Positions 10,239 through 21,636 of a DNA stretch of 64,000 nt are shown here, piece by piece; position 1 is the first letter of the stretch, and every line of letters begins with the position of its first letter. The notes under the pieces were generated by a model. It was not told the origin of the DNA. It did no database searches and saw only the letters and a list, made by a program, of their open reading frames with translations. The DNA is from Candidatus Latescibacterota bacterium (GTDB lineage: Bacteria; Latescibacterota; UBA2968). Location: contig OZ242311.1 in the NCBI GenBank assembly GCA_965207885.1, forward strand, positions 5,184,001-5,248,000. Direction: 5' to 3'. Position numbers and translations under genes: made by a program.

Positions 10239-11276
10239 TTAACTCACTGTCCACTTACCCGCCTTGCGGTCCGCATATTGCTGTGCAATCCAGGCATAAG
10301 TCTTAGCCATACCGTCGCGCAAAGAGGTATCTGGCTCCCAGTCGAGAATCTCTTTAATCATCGCATTGTCACTATTGCGCCCGGCAACGCCCTGAGGTGC
10401 CGTGAGATCATACGTACGCTTGAGTTTAATACTACCGATCTCCTCAATAACACTGACCAGTTCATTGATAGAAACCAGTTCACTCGAACCGAGATTAATA
10501 GGCGTTGCAACCAGGTCCTCACTGTGCATAATCATATCGACGCCTTTAATACAATCGTCAACGTACATAAAACTGCGCGTCTGATTGCCATCGCCCCAAA
10601 TATCAATCTCGAGTTTGCCGTTATCTTTGGCTTCAATCGCCTTGCGGCAAAGCGCGGCGGGTGCCTTCTCTCGCCCGCCATCCCACGTCCCATAAGGACC
10701 ATACACATTGTGAAACCGCGCAATCGCCGTCTTCATGCCGCGCTCTGACCAGTACTCCTCGCAAAACATCTCCGAAACCAACTTCTCCCAACCGTATCCG
10801 CGCTCTGCCATAGCCGGATACGCATCTGATTCTTTCAGAGCGCGCACATTGGGATCCTCCTGTAATTCGGTATTATACGCACAGGCAGAAGAAGAAAAGA
10901 AATACCGATCAACACCCGCCCAATAAGCCGCTTCAATCAGATGGGTATTGATGAGAATACTCCGCAAACAGTCGATCCTGAACCGCTCGATAAACCCCAT
11001 CCCACCCATATCTGCCGCGAGATTGTACACTTCAGCAGCACCCTCAACGGCGCGTTTGCAATTATCTTCATCGCTCAAATCCAAACACAGATTCTCCACC
11101 CCCGGCACGCGCTGGTACCATTCGGGCAAAGGCTTCTTATCAACGGCGCGAAGCCGCACAAACCCCTGATCGTGAAAATATCGCGTCAGCGCACCAGCAA
11201 TAAAGCCGCCCGCCCCACAGATGACAATCAAATCGTCTTTGTTGAGCATTGTTGCTGCTATTTGCTGCTTTCCCAT
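10239..11276 (-). CDS. GDP-mannose 3',5'-epimerase-like extended SDR
   Basis: GAGGFIA, NLAADMGGMGFI, SSSAC, YGWEK, RFHNVYGPYGTWDGGREKAPAALCRK, WGDGNQTRSF. Confidence 0.85.
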   Translation of the reverse strand: MGKQQIAATMLNKDDLIVICGAGGFIAGALTRYFHDQGFVRLRAVDKKPLPEWYQRVPGVENLCLDLSDEDNCKRAVEGAAEVYNLAADMGGMGFIERFRIDCLRSILINTHLIEAAYWAGVDRYFFSSSACAYNTELQEDPNVRALKESDAYPAMAERGYGWEKLVSEMFCEEYWSERGMKTAIARFHNVYGPYGTWDGGREKAPAALCRKAIEAKDNGKLEIDIWGDGNQTRSFMYVDDCIKGVDMIMHSEDLVATPINLGSSELVSINELVSVIEEIGSIKLKRTYDLTAPQGVAGRNSDNAMIKEILDWEPDTSLRDGMAKTYAWIAQQYADRKAGKWTVS

Positions 11277-11480
11277 CGTATTCCTCCAAAGTAAATAGCC
11301 CGTATTCTGATATTATGCATCTGGTCAGTGGAGATATTACAAAAGAGAGAGACAAGACGCAAGAAATGAGAGGCAATTAGCTATATTGTGCGTCCATTCT
11401 TTGGTTAGACACAAAGTCTATTTCTCAATATATTGCAAAAAGTAAAAACCATAAGATCAACGCGTTCCACAGGAGCACCC

Positions 11481-14195
11481 ATGCCGCTACTCAACGTCGA
11501 AAACGCCCGTGAAAACCTCAGACGCTACCCCTGGGCGCAGGCCATTCTCGAAAGCTGGAAACAACAGGTCGCCTACCTCATGGACCAGAACCGCGACTTT
11601 ATAGACGCCATGATGCCCGAACTCACCCCCTGGCCCGAATACGGCCAGAACTGTCCCGCCTGCGTCAACCGCCTCTCCTCCATGGGTGAAACCGGCCTGT
11701 ACGAATGGGATCCCACTGATCCGGATAAACTCATCTGCAAATACTGCAAAACCGAGTACCCCAACGCCAACTATCCCGAAACCGGCAGCATCACCGCGCC
11801 CAGAATGAACCAGACCTTCACCTTCTACCTCACCGACGAAGAACGCGCCCACCCCGAAGACAAATCGGGCAAACACGCCTTCAAATGGGTCCGGTGGCCC
11901 GTACACACGAGCTGGTCCGGCATCATCCGCACAAAAAAAAGCCGCTGGTGCTTCGAACAAATGCTACCGCTTGCCAAATTATACGCCCTCACCGATGACG
12001 TATTATACGCCCAGTGGTGCGCCTATATCATGGATTGCATGGCGCGGCGATACCCCAACTGGCTCTTCCACTCCTACGACGGCACCATAGCGGATTGTCC
12101 GCCGGCCGAAGTAGGCATCTCCCTCGGCAAATATCCCCGCGCCGGGCGTTTTCCCGTCGAAACCATCATCACCGCCTTTGAAGGCCGCCATCGAGAAGGA
12201 GACCATGCGGTCCTCAACAACGGCTTCTGGGGCGCTGGACGCTTTGGTTGCAGTGGCTCCGATGGCGGAAGCATTCTCCAGATCACCCTCGCCTACGACC
12301 TCATCCGAACAGCCCAATATCAGGATGGCTCCCCCGTCCTCACACCCGAAATGAATCAACGCATCGTCAACGACCTCATCCTCGCTGGCTGTGCAGACAC
12401 CGAAAACTGGAGCGAAATCAACAACAAATGTGGTCCTGGCCGCGCACTAAGCGCCGCCGTCGGCATACTCTTTAACAAACCGCAAAGCGTGCGCCGCGCC
12501 ATCAAAGGCCTTGAAACCCTCCTCGAAGATGCCTTCCACTTCGACGGCTTTTGCACCGAATCTCCCTCCTATTCCGCCATGCACCTCAACCTGTTGCGCG
12601 ACATCCCAGAACTGCTCGTCGGATACTCCGATCCCGACGGCTACGAACCCGAAATCGGTCCAGCCCTCAAAAACCTGGACCCCTTTCAGCACTTCGACCG
12701 CTACCGCCTGGCTCTGGAAAGCATGGCCCGCATGCTCGACCCAAACCTGCAAGACCCCGTCATCGGAGATTCCCGAGAAGGCCGAGGCATTGACCCCATC
12801 TACGCCGAAATCCTGAGCGCCCATTACGGCAACCGCTACGCTGGCCTGCTGGAAAAATCGCAGAACGCCCCGCTCTCACAAAAAGGCGACGAATACGCCC
12901 TCTGGCACCGGGATCCCGATATAGTATCCGAACAAAACACCGACCTGCCCCACCACACCGAATGGTTCCCCGGCTGGCACGTCGCCGTCCTGCGCGGCGG
13001 AAACCCAAAAGGTCACACAGCCTTCTACCTCAACGGTTATGGCTTTGGCGGCCATCGCCACTACGACAGCCTCGGCATCATCTACATCGCCCAGGGGCGA
13101 GAAATGGCCGCAGACAGGGGTTATATATGGGACGACCCCAGAAATGCCTGGACCAAAAGCACCCTCTCCCACAACATCGTCACCGTTGACGCCCAAAACC
13201 AGAGCGGCAACCCAAAACCCGCCACCCTGGAACTCTTTGGCACGGGCGCAGGCGTCGAAATCATCCAGGCATCCGCCACCCCGTACGAGCAATGCGACCG
13301 CTACCAGCGCACCTGTGCGCTCATCCAGATCCCCGGCGAACAGACCTACGCCATCGACTTCTTCCGAATAAACGGCGGCAAGCTCCACCAGTATGGCTTC
13401 CACTGCAACGGGCATCTCACGGACATTCGCGGCGCCGATCCCCAACCCGTAAACGAAAAAATCGAATGGCTCGACAACATCCGCGCCGACCATCCCCAAG
13501 CCCCCTTCACCGCCACATGGCAAAACCAGGACCTGCGAATGGACCTCACCCTGCTCAACCCCATCCATCGCCTCCTGCTCGCAGACGCGCCCGGCTGGCG
13601 CTCGGACCTGGGCGACCAGCTCAACGCCCCACCCGTTCAGCAAATCCTGGCCGAACGCAAAAACGACGCGAACACAAATAGTCAGTACGCCGCCGTCATC
13701 ACACCCTACACCAACAAATCACCCATCCAATCCGCACACCTGATCCTGAACGACCCCGACACCAGCGCCATGGCAATAGCCGTAAAACGCGACAGCTATA
13801 CCGACTACATCCTCTCAGCCCCAGAAGGTACAACCCATGACCTCGGACCCGTCTCCATCACAGGTCAATTCGCATATGCATCCATCGACAATCAAGGCAA
13901 TCTCCAACGGGCTTATCTGCTCTGCGGCACCGAACTCCGCTGCGGCAGTCACACCCTCACACTCTCGCAGGCACAGACCCCACTCGACGTCACCTCAGTT
14001 GACAATCGCACCTATCACATATCGCAAACCGTGCCCGCCCCCAACAACCTCCCCGAGACCTATCTCCTGTGCGCAGACACCGGCTACGAAATCGAATCCG
14101 CCTCGGAAAAAACCATCACCGTACGGGATTACCCCGCCATCGCGTGCGACCGCATTGTTCTCCTCAACGCCGCAACCTTAAATCCTGCGATATAG
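11481..14195 (+). CDS. Heparinase II/III-like polysaccharide lyase
   Basis: DGFCTESPSYS, GGHRHYDSLGI, DRGY, STLSHNIVTVD; AGGAG RBS before ATG 11481. Confidence 0.75.
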   Translation: MPLLNVENARENLRRYPWAQAILESWKQQVAYLMDQNRDFIDAMMPELTPWPEYGQNCPACVNRLSSMGETGLYEWDPTDPDKLICKYCKTEYPNANYPETGSITAPRMNQTFTFYLTDEERAHPEDKSGKHAFKWVRWPVHTSWSGIIRTKKSRWCFEQMLPLAKLYALTDDVLYAQWCAYIMDCMARRYPNWLFHSYDGTIADCPPAEVGISLGKYPRAGRFPVETIITAFEGRHREGDHAVLNNGFWGAGRFGCSGSDGGSILQITLAYDLIRTAQYQDGSPVLTPEMNQRIVNDLILAGCADTENWSEINNKCGPGRALSAAVGILFNKPQSVRRAIKGLETLLEDAFHFDGFCTESPSYSAMHLNLLRDIPELLVGYSDPDGYEPEIGPALKNLDPFQHFDRYRLALESMARMLDPNLQDPVIGDSREGRGIDPIYAEILSAHYGNRYAGLLEKSQNAPLSQKGDEYALWHRDPDIVSEQNTDLPHHTEWFPGWHVAVLRGGNPKGHTAFYLNGYGFGGHRHYDSLGIIYIAQGREMAADRGYIWDDPRNAWTKSTLSHNIVTVDAQNQSGNPKPATLELFGTGAGVEIIQASATPYEQCDRYQRTCALIQIPGEQTYAIDFFRINGGKLHQYGFHCNGHLTDIRGADPQPVNEKIEWLDNIRADHPQAPFTATWQNQDLRMDLTLLNPIHRLLLADAPGWRSDLGDQLNAPPVQQILAERKNDANTNSQYAAVITPYTNKSPIQSAHLILNDPDTSAMAIAVKRDSYTDYILSAPEGTTHDLGPVSITGQFAYASIDNQGNLQRAYLLCGTELRCGSHTLTLSQAQTPLDVTSVDNRTYHISQTVPAPNNLPETYLLCADTGYEIESASEKTITVRDYPAIACDRIVLLNAATLNPAI

Positions 14196-14924
14196 CGAAA
14201 TTAGCGCACGTATAACCAGATCTGGCTCCACGCGATGAGGGTAGTTTATAAACGGCGCAATCAACTCGGCATCGCCCCCGGTCAAGACAAGCGTCGCACA
14301 CCCGTCGGGAGCCAATTCACCAAACAGTCGCTCTACGGCACCAGCAGCCCCATAAATAACACCCGCCCGGATACAAGAATCCGTATCCGTCCCAACAGCC
14401 GAATCGGCCGGTTGAAGCGCCACATGGGGAAGCAAACTCGTTTCATCGTGCAACGCGCGCAACCCCATACCCAAACCAGGCGCAATCGTCCCCCCGCGAA
14501 AAACACCATCTGCTGTCACCAGATCCACAGTCAGCGCAGAGCCAAAAGCGGCGACAACCACACGCCCCGCGCAAACGCGAAACGCCTCACTCGCTTGCAA
14601 TAGCCGATCAATGCCAACATGGTCGGGACGAGACACAGCGACATCAATCCCCAGATCCATATCCGTATCGACCACCCGTGGCATTAACCCCCATACCATC
14701 TGAACCGCCTTGTGGATCACCTCATCTGCGCCGCGCACTACAGAAGCAACCAAGCAGTGGTCGGGCGTTTCTCTCGGGGCAAAACGCGATTCGAGAACAT
14801 TCACGACCTGTGTCGCATCTTGAACTCCGCTAAGAGATGCACGCACAATCGGGCGGTCGCCATCGTATAACGCCGCCTTCAAACGCGAATTGCCCACATC
14901 AAAAACCAGCAGCTTTCGCCCCAT
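14178..14924 (-). CDS. coaX: Type III pantothenate kinase
   Basis: FDVGNSRLK, ASVV, GIDRL, GSALTVD, GGTIAPG, LTGGD. Confidence 0.92.
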   Translation of the reverse strand: MGRKLLVFDVGNSRLKAALYDGDRPIVRASLSGVQDATQVVNVLESRFAPRETPDHCLVASVVRGADEVIHKAVQMVWGLMPRVVDTDMDLGIDVAVSRPDHVGIDRLLQASEAFRVCAGRVVVAAFGSALTVDLVTADGVFRGGTIAPGLGMGLRALHDETSLLPHVALQPADSAVGTDTDSCIRAGVIYGAAGAVERLFGELAPDGCATLVLTGGDAELIAPFINYPHRVEPDLVIRALISLYRRI

Positions 14925-14945
14925 TATTCACTTCCTGTTTAGCGA

Positions 14946-17108
14946 TTAGCCCTTCACCTCTCGCCGCCGCGCGTGTAAAACCAACTCAGTATATCCATTG
15001 GGCACTTCGCGGCCCTTGAAAACCAGATCGAGCGCCGCTTGAAACGCAATACTCTCATCAAAATTTGGCGCCATATTGCGATATTCCGGATCCCCCTCAT
15101 TCTGCCGATCCACAACCGCGGCCATCTTCTCAAACGTCTCGCGGACTTGCTCTGCACTCACAATCCCGTGATGCAGCCAATTGGCGATATGCTGGCTCGA
15201 AATACGCAAAGTCGCGCGATCTTCCATCAGACCCACATCGTGAATATCGGGCACCTTGGAACAGCCAACACCCTGATCAACCCAGCGCACCACATAGCCC
15301 AAAATACCCTGGGCATTATTATCCAATTCCTGTACAATCTCCTCAGCCGTCAGATCTCTATCCAGCAAAGGCGGCGTCAAAATCGCATCCAGACTCGCGC
15401 GTTCTCGCCTCGCGAGTTCTGCCTGCCGCGCCGAAACATTCACCTGATGGTAGTGCATCGCGTGCAACGTGGCCGCAGCTGGCGACGGAACCCACGCGGT
15501 TGTCGCCCCCGCCTCGGGGTGATTCATCTTCGTCTCCACCATCTCTCGCATCGCATCGGGCATCGCCCACATCCCCTTGCCAATTTGCCCTTTGCCGATC
15601 AACCCCGTCTCAATACCCACATCCACATTCCAATCCTCATAAGCCGTCAACCAAGGCTGCGCCTTAATTTCATTCTTGGGAAGCATAGCACCGGCTTCCA
15701 TACTCGTGTGCATCTCATCACCCGTGCGATCCAAAAATCCCGTATTGATAAAAATGACGCGTTCACGGGCTTCCCACATAGCGCGTTTCAAATTGACAGT
15801 CGTGCGCCGTTCCTCATCCATAATCCCTATCTTTAGCGTATTTCTCTCAAGTCCAAACACATCTTCCACGCGCCCGAATAATTCTACTGTCGCTGCCACC
15901 TCTTCAGGCCCGTGCATCTTGGGTTTTACAATATATACGCTACCCGAGCGGCTATTTTGAAACGCGCCATTGCCCTTCAAATCGTGAATAGCCGCCAGCG
16001 ACGTTACCATCGCATCCAAAAACCCCTCGGGAATCTCCTCTCCATCTCCAGTCGTCACTGCATCGGTGTACATGTGAATACCCACATTTCGCACCAGCAG
16101 CGTGCTTCGCCCCGGCAATGTCAACGCACCGCCATCTGGACGGATATAATTCCTATCGGGATTCAATTTGCGATTCAGGGGTTGTCCATTCTTTTCAAAA
16201 GTCGTCTCCAGCGTCCCCTTCATCAAACCGCACCAGTTGCGATACACGAGCACCTTGTCCGCGGCATCCACAGCCGATACGGAATCCTCACAATCCTGAA
16301 TCGTGGTAATTGCCGCCTCCAGCACCACATCTTTCACCCCTGCCGGATGGTCTTTGCCAATGGGATGGTCCGAATCAATCTGAATCTCAACATGCAATCC
16401 ATTGTGCGCCAACAGCACACTGGACAGTGCCCCATCTCGCTCCGCATAGCCCACAAACTGATGCGAATCTGATAACCCTGTATCCCGACCATCAACCTCT
16501 GCCACAAGCACCTTCTGCCCACCCTCTTCACCCAGAGCAAACGCCGTCACACCTGCGTAAGACCCAGTGGACAGCGGCACAGTCGCATCCAAAAAATCAT
16601 TCGCACTGGCAATCACCTTCTCGCCGCGCACGGGATTATAAGCCGTACCCTTATCTGCGCCATCATCCTCTGGAATCACATCTGTCCCATACAGCGCATC
16701 GTACAAACTACCCCAGCGCGCATTGGCCGCATTCAAACAATAACGCGCATTATCCACCGGCACGACCAATTGCGGTCCAGCCACTGTCGCAACCTCTGGA
16801 TCAACCCCATTTGTCAACACCTGAAAATGATCTCCTTCGGGCAACAAATACCCGATCTCCTGCAAAAATGCCCTGTAAGCTGCCCCATCAATAGATTCGC
16901 GCCCCTCGTGCCAGGCATCGATCTTCGCCTGCAAGACATCGCGCCTTTCCAATAAACGCCGATTCTTCGCCCCCAAATCTCTTACAATCTCTTCCAACCC
17001 CTGCCAAAAAGCCTCTGCATCCACGCCCGTATCGGGCGCGATTTCATCTTTAACCAATGCGTAAAGCGCGGCATCTACATTCAATTCTCCAACGGCTACC
17101 ATACTCAT
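14946..17108 (-). CDS. glcB: Malate synthase G
   Basis: [71 protein letters not shown]; AAGGAG RBS before ATG 17108. Confidence 0.97.
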   Translation of the reverse strand: MSMVAVGELNVDAALYALVKDEIAPDTGVDAEAFWQGLEEIVRDLGAKNRRLLERRDVLQAKIDAWHEGRESIDGAAYRAFLQEIGYLLPEGDHFQVLTNGVDPEVATVAGPQLVVPVDNARYCLNAANARWGSLYDALYGTDVIPEDDGADKGTAYNPVRGEKVIASANDFLDATVPLSTGSYAGVTAFALGEEGGQKVLVAEVDGRDTGLSDSHQFVGYAERDGALSSVLLAHNGLHVEIQIDSDHPIGKDHPAGVKDVVLEAAITTIQDCEDSVSAVDAADKVLVYRNWCGLMKGTLETTFEKNGQPLNRKLNPDRNYIRPDGGALTLPGRSTLLVRNVGIHMYTDAVTTGDGEEIPEGFLDAMVTSLAAIHDLKGNGAFQNSRSGSVYIVKPKMHGPEEVAATVELFGRVEDVFGLERNTLKIGIMDEERRTTVNLKRAMWEARERVIFINTGFLDRTGDEMHTSMEAGAMLPKNEIKAQPWLTAYEDWNVDVGIETGLIGKGQIGKGMWAMPDAMREMVETKMNHPEAGATTAWVPSPAAATLHAMHYHQVNVSARQAELARRERASLDAILTPPLLDRDLTAEEIVQELDNNAQGILGYVVRWVDQGVGCSKVPDIHDVGLMEDRATLRISSQHIANWLHHGIVSAEQVRETFEKMAAVVDRQNEGDPEYRNMAPNFDESIAFQAALDLVFKGREVPNGYTELVLHARRREVKG

Positions 17109-17127
17109 ATATCGCTCCTTTAGAAAT

Positions 17128-17967
17128 TCAAGTATATCCACCTTTGCCCAACAAAATACGCGCCTCTTCGTCATCGCCTTCTAAAATCGCCTGCGTCAAC
17201 CCGTCACCGGGAGGCGGTCCCCCATGAGGTGATCGGCGCAGCCAGGTCGGCGTATAACTCAAAATCAACATCCTGCGCTTTGTCCTCAACGTCGGCAATC
17301 CGCGATGCCAGAGATTGCTGTGAATCAACACGCCGCCCCCGGCCTTCACGCGAACCACAAGCTCACCTTCAACCGGCTCATAAGTATCGGGAGGCGGTGC
17401 TCTATCCAACCAATTGTGCGACCCCGGCACAATTCCCACGGGTCCCGTATCCTCATTCAAATCATCCAGATAAATCAGAGCATCTATCCCATGTGGTCTG
17501 GAAAACCACGGCGGCAAAGGATTGGAAACCACGCGCAAATGCTGGTGCCAGGGGGTCTGATGAGGCGTTTCAGCCGGATAACTGATCCGCGCGCTCAATC
17601 CCCGAAGCCTGACCAGTGGCCCCATCATCGCCCGCGCAATAGATAACACAGGCGGAAATTTCAACAAATCCAAAAACACCGGATCTTTATCCATCAAATG
17701 CCGCGGGATACGTCCCCAGGACCGCTTTCCCGTATCTCGAAACACGCCCGATTCCCGATCCTCCAACCGATCCAGCGCGGATTGCAATGCTTTCAAGTCC
17801 TCGCCCACAAACAACCCCTCGCGCACCAGATACCCTTCCCGGTCAAATTGCTGCAACTCCTCTGGCGATGCACAGACATCTACTTCGTAATAGTGATCTG
17901 ATCCGCGGGTATTGGGACCGAGAACCTTATAAGACACCGTGCAATTCTGTTCAAAAGTGTGATCCAT
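17128..17967 (-). CDS. Phytanoyl-CoA dioxygenase (PhyH) family protein
   Basis: [37 protein letters not shown]. Confidence 0.85.
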   Translation of the reverse strand: MDHTFEQNCTVSYKVLGPNTRGSDHYYEVDVCASPEELQQFDREGYLVREGLFVGEDLKALQSALDRLEDRESGVFRDTGKRSWGRIPRHLMDKDPVFLDLLKFPPVLSIARAMMGPLVRLRGLSARISYPAETPHQTPWHQHLRVVSNPLPPWFSRPHGIDALIYLDDLNEDTGPVGIVPGSHNWLDRAPPPDTYEPVEGELVVRVKAGGGVLIHSNLWHRGLPTLRTKRRMLILSYTPTWLRRSPHGGPPPGDGLTQAILEGDDEEARILLGKGGYT

Positions 17968-17976
17968 ATCATCTCC

Positions 17977-19581
17977 TCATGCCAAAACCAGAAGCCAATC
18001 GCCATCTCCCGGTGCTTCGTAAACGCGCCTACCATCGGCCTCATGCGATTCTGCTGCATCGACATCGCCATCGCGCGGATTGTACCAAATACCCCGCAGA
18101 TGTGGTGACAAACCCGCCATCTTCACCACCACCGCCTCGCCCTGTGGTGTATAGGCAACCACAAGATCATTTGCCACAGATTTAGAAATCAAAATGTGAT
18201 TGTGTACATCTCGCCCGCCGGGCTGCGCGCCCAACAACTCTGGCGCCGGGCGCAAATTCCACCACCCGATAGAATCGAATGCATCGACGAGATGCCGCAC
18301 TTGCTCTGCCCCATCCATCATCAGCGCGTCATGCCAGGGCAATGGCGTTCCCGAATTGGGATGATCGACGGGAGGACCGCTGCCATCGTCCCACCCCCAC
18401 ACGCCGTGTCCCCCATAAGTCACGCCAGCGGTTGGCGCGTTGAGCAGGCTCCAGTACATCGCCCTTCTAACCGACGCTGCATCGTGTGGCCGCTTTGAAT
18501 GATAGGCCACGTGATTTTCATAAGCAGGCTCCATGTTAATATAAAATTGGCGCGGCGTCTTTTTCCAATCTTCCGAAGGCGGCCCCGTCACAATCCACTG
18601 CAAAGTCTCGTCGCTGTCGCCGTGACCACTTTGATAACCCACCACATCGAGCCAATTTTCAGACCGAAATTCATCAGTCGGGAATCGCCGCCCCGAACTG
18701 TGCATCGCCACAGGCGCGTGGGGACCTTTCCCGAAAACCGCGCGCCCAACGCGCTGCCATCGCTCGGCATTCTCGCCATCGTAATTGCCATCCCCACCCA
18801 AAATCCACACCACGGGATAACACGCCCATCGCGCGACCATATATTCAGCCAGCAGGATCATCTGGTCCTCTGATAACGAGGCGCCCGGACTCTTTTCCGG
18901 ATGACTGCGCCCTCCCAGTGCCCACAACATCACGGGCGCATTGACCAGGCCTGCCTGAAAAGTCATCTCCACCCAGTCATCCAAACGCTGAAAAAAAGCC
19001 GGATTTATTGCGATCTTTTCCACACCGGAAAACGCCTGATTGCCCTCGACATCGCCATCTGGAGCCGCACGCCACTGCGTAGCCACCCATTGCACGGTAT
19101 TAAATCCCTGCCGCACGCGCTCGCTGAGATAATAGCACCATTCATCCCGCGTCGCCCGCAAACAGCCATTCCACGCCGTATCTGCCATATAGAAAAACGG
19201 CTTCTCATCCGCATAAACAAAATGCCGCCTGTTTGCAGACAGCGCGATAGGACCGTGTACATCAAATTCACTGCTCGTCTGAGATGACCCGCACGTAAAA
19301 CGCCCCTCGCGATTGTGCAAACCCGTGTTTTCCGCATCTGAAAAAAACGTCGCATACGACCACTCGCCCTCTTCATCTGGACAAAAACGCACGCGCCATT
19401 GCCGTCCGCCATCCCAGAATCCCATCACATTATAGACCGATCCAAAAGGCGATGTAAACACCACCTGCAATGCCGCTTCTTGAATGGGATTTCCGTAATC
19501 TTTATCACTCTCGAAATCGATCTCAATGCGTCCCCATTTTGTCACAACCGGCTCACGGCCATTTTGATCTATTTCGCTCAT
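17977..19581 (-). CDS. DUF5060/DUF4038 glycoside hydrolase (GH140 apiosidase-like)
   Basis: GFWDGGRQWRVRF, PFFYMADTAW, WILGGD, QSGH, EPAYE, GVTYGGHGVW, WYNPRDG. Confidence 0.8.
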   Translation of the reverse strand: MSEIDQNGREPVVTKWGRIEIDFESDKDYGNPIQEAALQVVFTSPFGSVYNVMGFWDGGRQWRVRFCPDEEGEWSYATFFSDAENTGLHNREGRFTCGSSQTSSEFDVHGPIALSANRRHFVYADEKPFFYMADTAWNGCLRATRDEWCYYLSERVRQGFNTVQWVATQWRAAPDGDVEGNQAFSGVEKIAINPAFFQRLDDWVEMTFQAGLVNAPVMLWALGGRSHPEKSPGASLSEDQMILLAEYMVARWACYPVVWILGGDGNYDGENAERWQRVGRAVFGKGPHAPVAMHSSGRRFPTDEFRSENWLDVVGYQSGHGDSDETLQWIVTGPPSEDWKKTPRQFYINMEPAYENHVAYHSKRPHDAASVRRAMYWSLLNAPTAGVTYGGHGVWGWDDGSGPPVDHPNSGTPLPWHDALMMDGAEQVRHLVDAFDSIGWWNLRPAPELLGAQPGGRDVHNHILISKSVANDLVVAYTPQGEAVVVKMAGLSPHLRGIWYNPRDGDVDAAESHEADGRRVYEAPGDGDWLLVLA

Positions 19582-19596
19582 ATTTACACCTCTATT

Positions 19597-21558
19597 TCAT
19601 TTTTCAGGTCCCTGATCCAGCACATCTTCTACAAAAGCGCGCAAGACTTCGGCAGTACTCCACGCCTGGGCAAAACAACCGCGAGATGCATGGGGCGGGT
19701 CGCCATCGAAAATTTCAGAAATATGTCCCAGACCCGACGCTTCAACATGGCGCAACAAAGGGCGCAACATATCTCTTGCAGAAGTACGAACATCTGCCTC
19801 CTTGCCGCGAATGCGAACCCATGAAGTAATAAACGGACCCATAAGCCATGCCCAAACCGTTCCCTGGTGATACGCGCTATCGCGACTATACGGATCGCCG
19901 CCATAAGTGCCCCTGTATGCCGCGTCGGAAGGCGACAGACTTCGCAAACCATAAGGCGTGAGCAACTCGCGTTCGAACACATTGAGAATACTGCGTTCAC
20001 GCGCGACATCGAGCATGCGATGCGGCAAGCTGAGAGCAAAAATCTGATTCGGGCGAATAGCGGCATCCGGCTCCGTATCGGTCAGGCAATCGTACAAACA
20101 TCCGGCATCGGAGTTCCAGAATGCCTCGGCAAAGCGCGCGGCTGTTCTTTCCGCAAGGCCGGCGTATTCGACACTGAGATCGGATTCGCCATATCTGTCA
20201 GCCAAATTCCGCATCACACACAGCGCATTGTACCACAGCGCATTGACCTCAACGGGCTTGCCCTGCCGCGGGGTAACGACCCAATCTCCCACCTTAGCAT
20301 CCATCCATGTCAGTTGCACACCGGGTTCCCCAGCATAGAGCAACCCATCGCAATCCACATGGATATTATAGCGCGTTCCCGAAACAAAATAACTGATAAT
20401 CTCCTGTAGCACGGACCAAAGGGACTCACGCACAAACGCATAATCATCTGTGTACGCCAAAAAGCGATCCACTGCATAGACGTACCACAGGGTTGCATCC
20501 ACGCTATTGTACTCGGGTATATCACCGCAATCGGGAAATCGATTTGGCATCATCCCCTTGTCGCAAAAATGTGCATAAGCAGCGAGAATATCGCGGGCTT
20601 CGTCAAATCGTCCGGTCACCAGTGCGAGACCGGGCAGCGCGATCATCGTATCGCGCCCCCAATCCGTAAACCAGGGATAACCCGCGATAATGGTAGCGCG
20701 TGCGTCGCTGCGTTTGACGAGAAAGGCATCTGCACTCAAACTGAGACCAGTGCATTTGGGAACTGATTGAACAATTTTATTTCTTCGATCTAACTCAGCC
20801 TGCCGAAGCGCATTCACCTGATCGCATGTGCCGCGTTCAAGGCTGACGAGCAAATGCGCGGATTCGCCCGCTTCGAGATCAAAGGTAAATTCTCCGGGGC
20901 AATACAGGTCTTCCCGACTATCCAGGCCGCGATAGGCTTCAACAGCATATTCAAAATTGTAATACCAATCGCCTCGCGCTTGAAATTCTCCATTGTGCGC
21001 GATATACAAAGGCGGGTATTTCGAATAAGGCTGAAAACTCACCAGACCATCGCAAATATCGACATCGCCATTGAGCATATCATTCTGGCGCGTCAGGTGA
21101 TGATAATCTCGGCAAGCCGCGAGCGGACGCAACGTAAGCATAACAGGGCGATCAAAGGGACCGTAAGTAATCACAGTGGTATTCTGACCATAAACCATAA
21201 AAATTTGCTTTTCAAAACACAAATCGTCAGTACAATAGGTAAAGGTGGGAAAGGGATCCAGTCGGACGTGTTCGAGATGGCGATAACCGTGCGGGTGGAT
21301 ATCGCCAGCATAGCAATTGTTACTCAGTTCAAAAGTCCCCATATCGGGTACAATAAGCGTCTCTTCAAATTTGGACAGTGCCACAAACCGGCCATACGAC
21401 GCACTTTGTGCGGGAATGAGCAAACCGTGGTACCGCCGCGTATTCATCCCAATAATCGTAGAACACGCAAATCCACCCAGACCATTGGTCTCAAGCCACT
21501 CCCGTCCCATCGCCTGACCGAGGTCTCGGCATATTTCTTTTTTAACGAAAATATCCAT
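19597..21558 (-). CDS. Glycogen debranching enzyme (amylo-alpha-1,6-glucosidase, GDE_N + GDE_C)
   Basis: REWLETNGLGG, TRRYHGLL, AGYPWFTDWGRDTMI, LTWMDAK, IRPNQ, YHQGTVWAW, QAWS; start could be 21606. Confidence 0.92.
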   Translation of the reverse strand: MDIFVKKEICRDLGQAMGREWLETNGLGGFACSTIIGMNTRRYHGLLIPAQSASYGRFVALSKFEETLIVPDMGTFELSNNCYAGDIHPHGYRHLEHVRLDPFPTFTYCTDDLCFEKQIFMVYGQNTTVITYGPFDRPVMLTLRPLAACRDYHHLTRQNDMLNGDVDICDGLVSFQPYSKYPPLYIAHNGEFQARGDWYYNFEYAVEAYRGLDSREDLYCPGEFTFDLEAGESAHLLVSLERGTCDQVNALRQAELDRRNKIVQSVPKCTGLSLSADAFLVKRSDARATIIAGYPWFTDWGRDTMIALPGLALVTGRFDEARDILAAYAHFCDKGMMPNRFPDCGDIPEYNSVDATLWYVYAVDRFLAYTDDYAFVRESLWSVLQEIISYFVSGTRYNIHVDCDGLLYAGEPGVQLTWMDAKVGDWVVTPRQGKPVEVNALWYNALCVMRNLADRYGESDLSVEYAGLAERTAARFAEAFWNSDAGCLYDCLTDTEPDAAIRPNQIFALSLPHRMLDVARERSILNVFERELLTPYGLRSLSPSDAAYRGTYGGDPYSRDSAYHQGTVWAWLMGPFITSWVRIRGKEADVRTSARDMLRPLLRHVEASGLGHISEIFDGDPPHASRGCFAQAWSTAEVLRAFVEDVLDQGPEK

Positions 21559-21636
21559 GAACCTTTTCCATTCACCGAATGGAATATTCCCTCCCATCCT
21601 TGACACCAGGCAGTTTTGTATCTATAAATATTTGCG

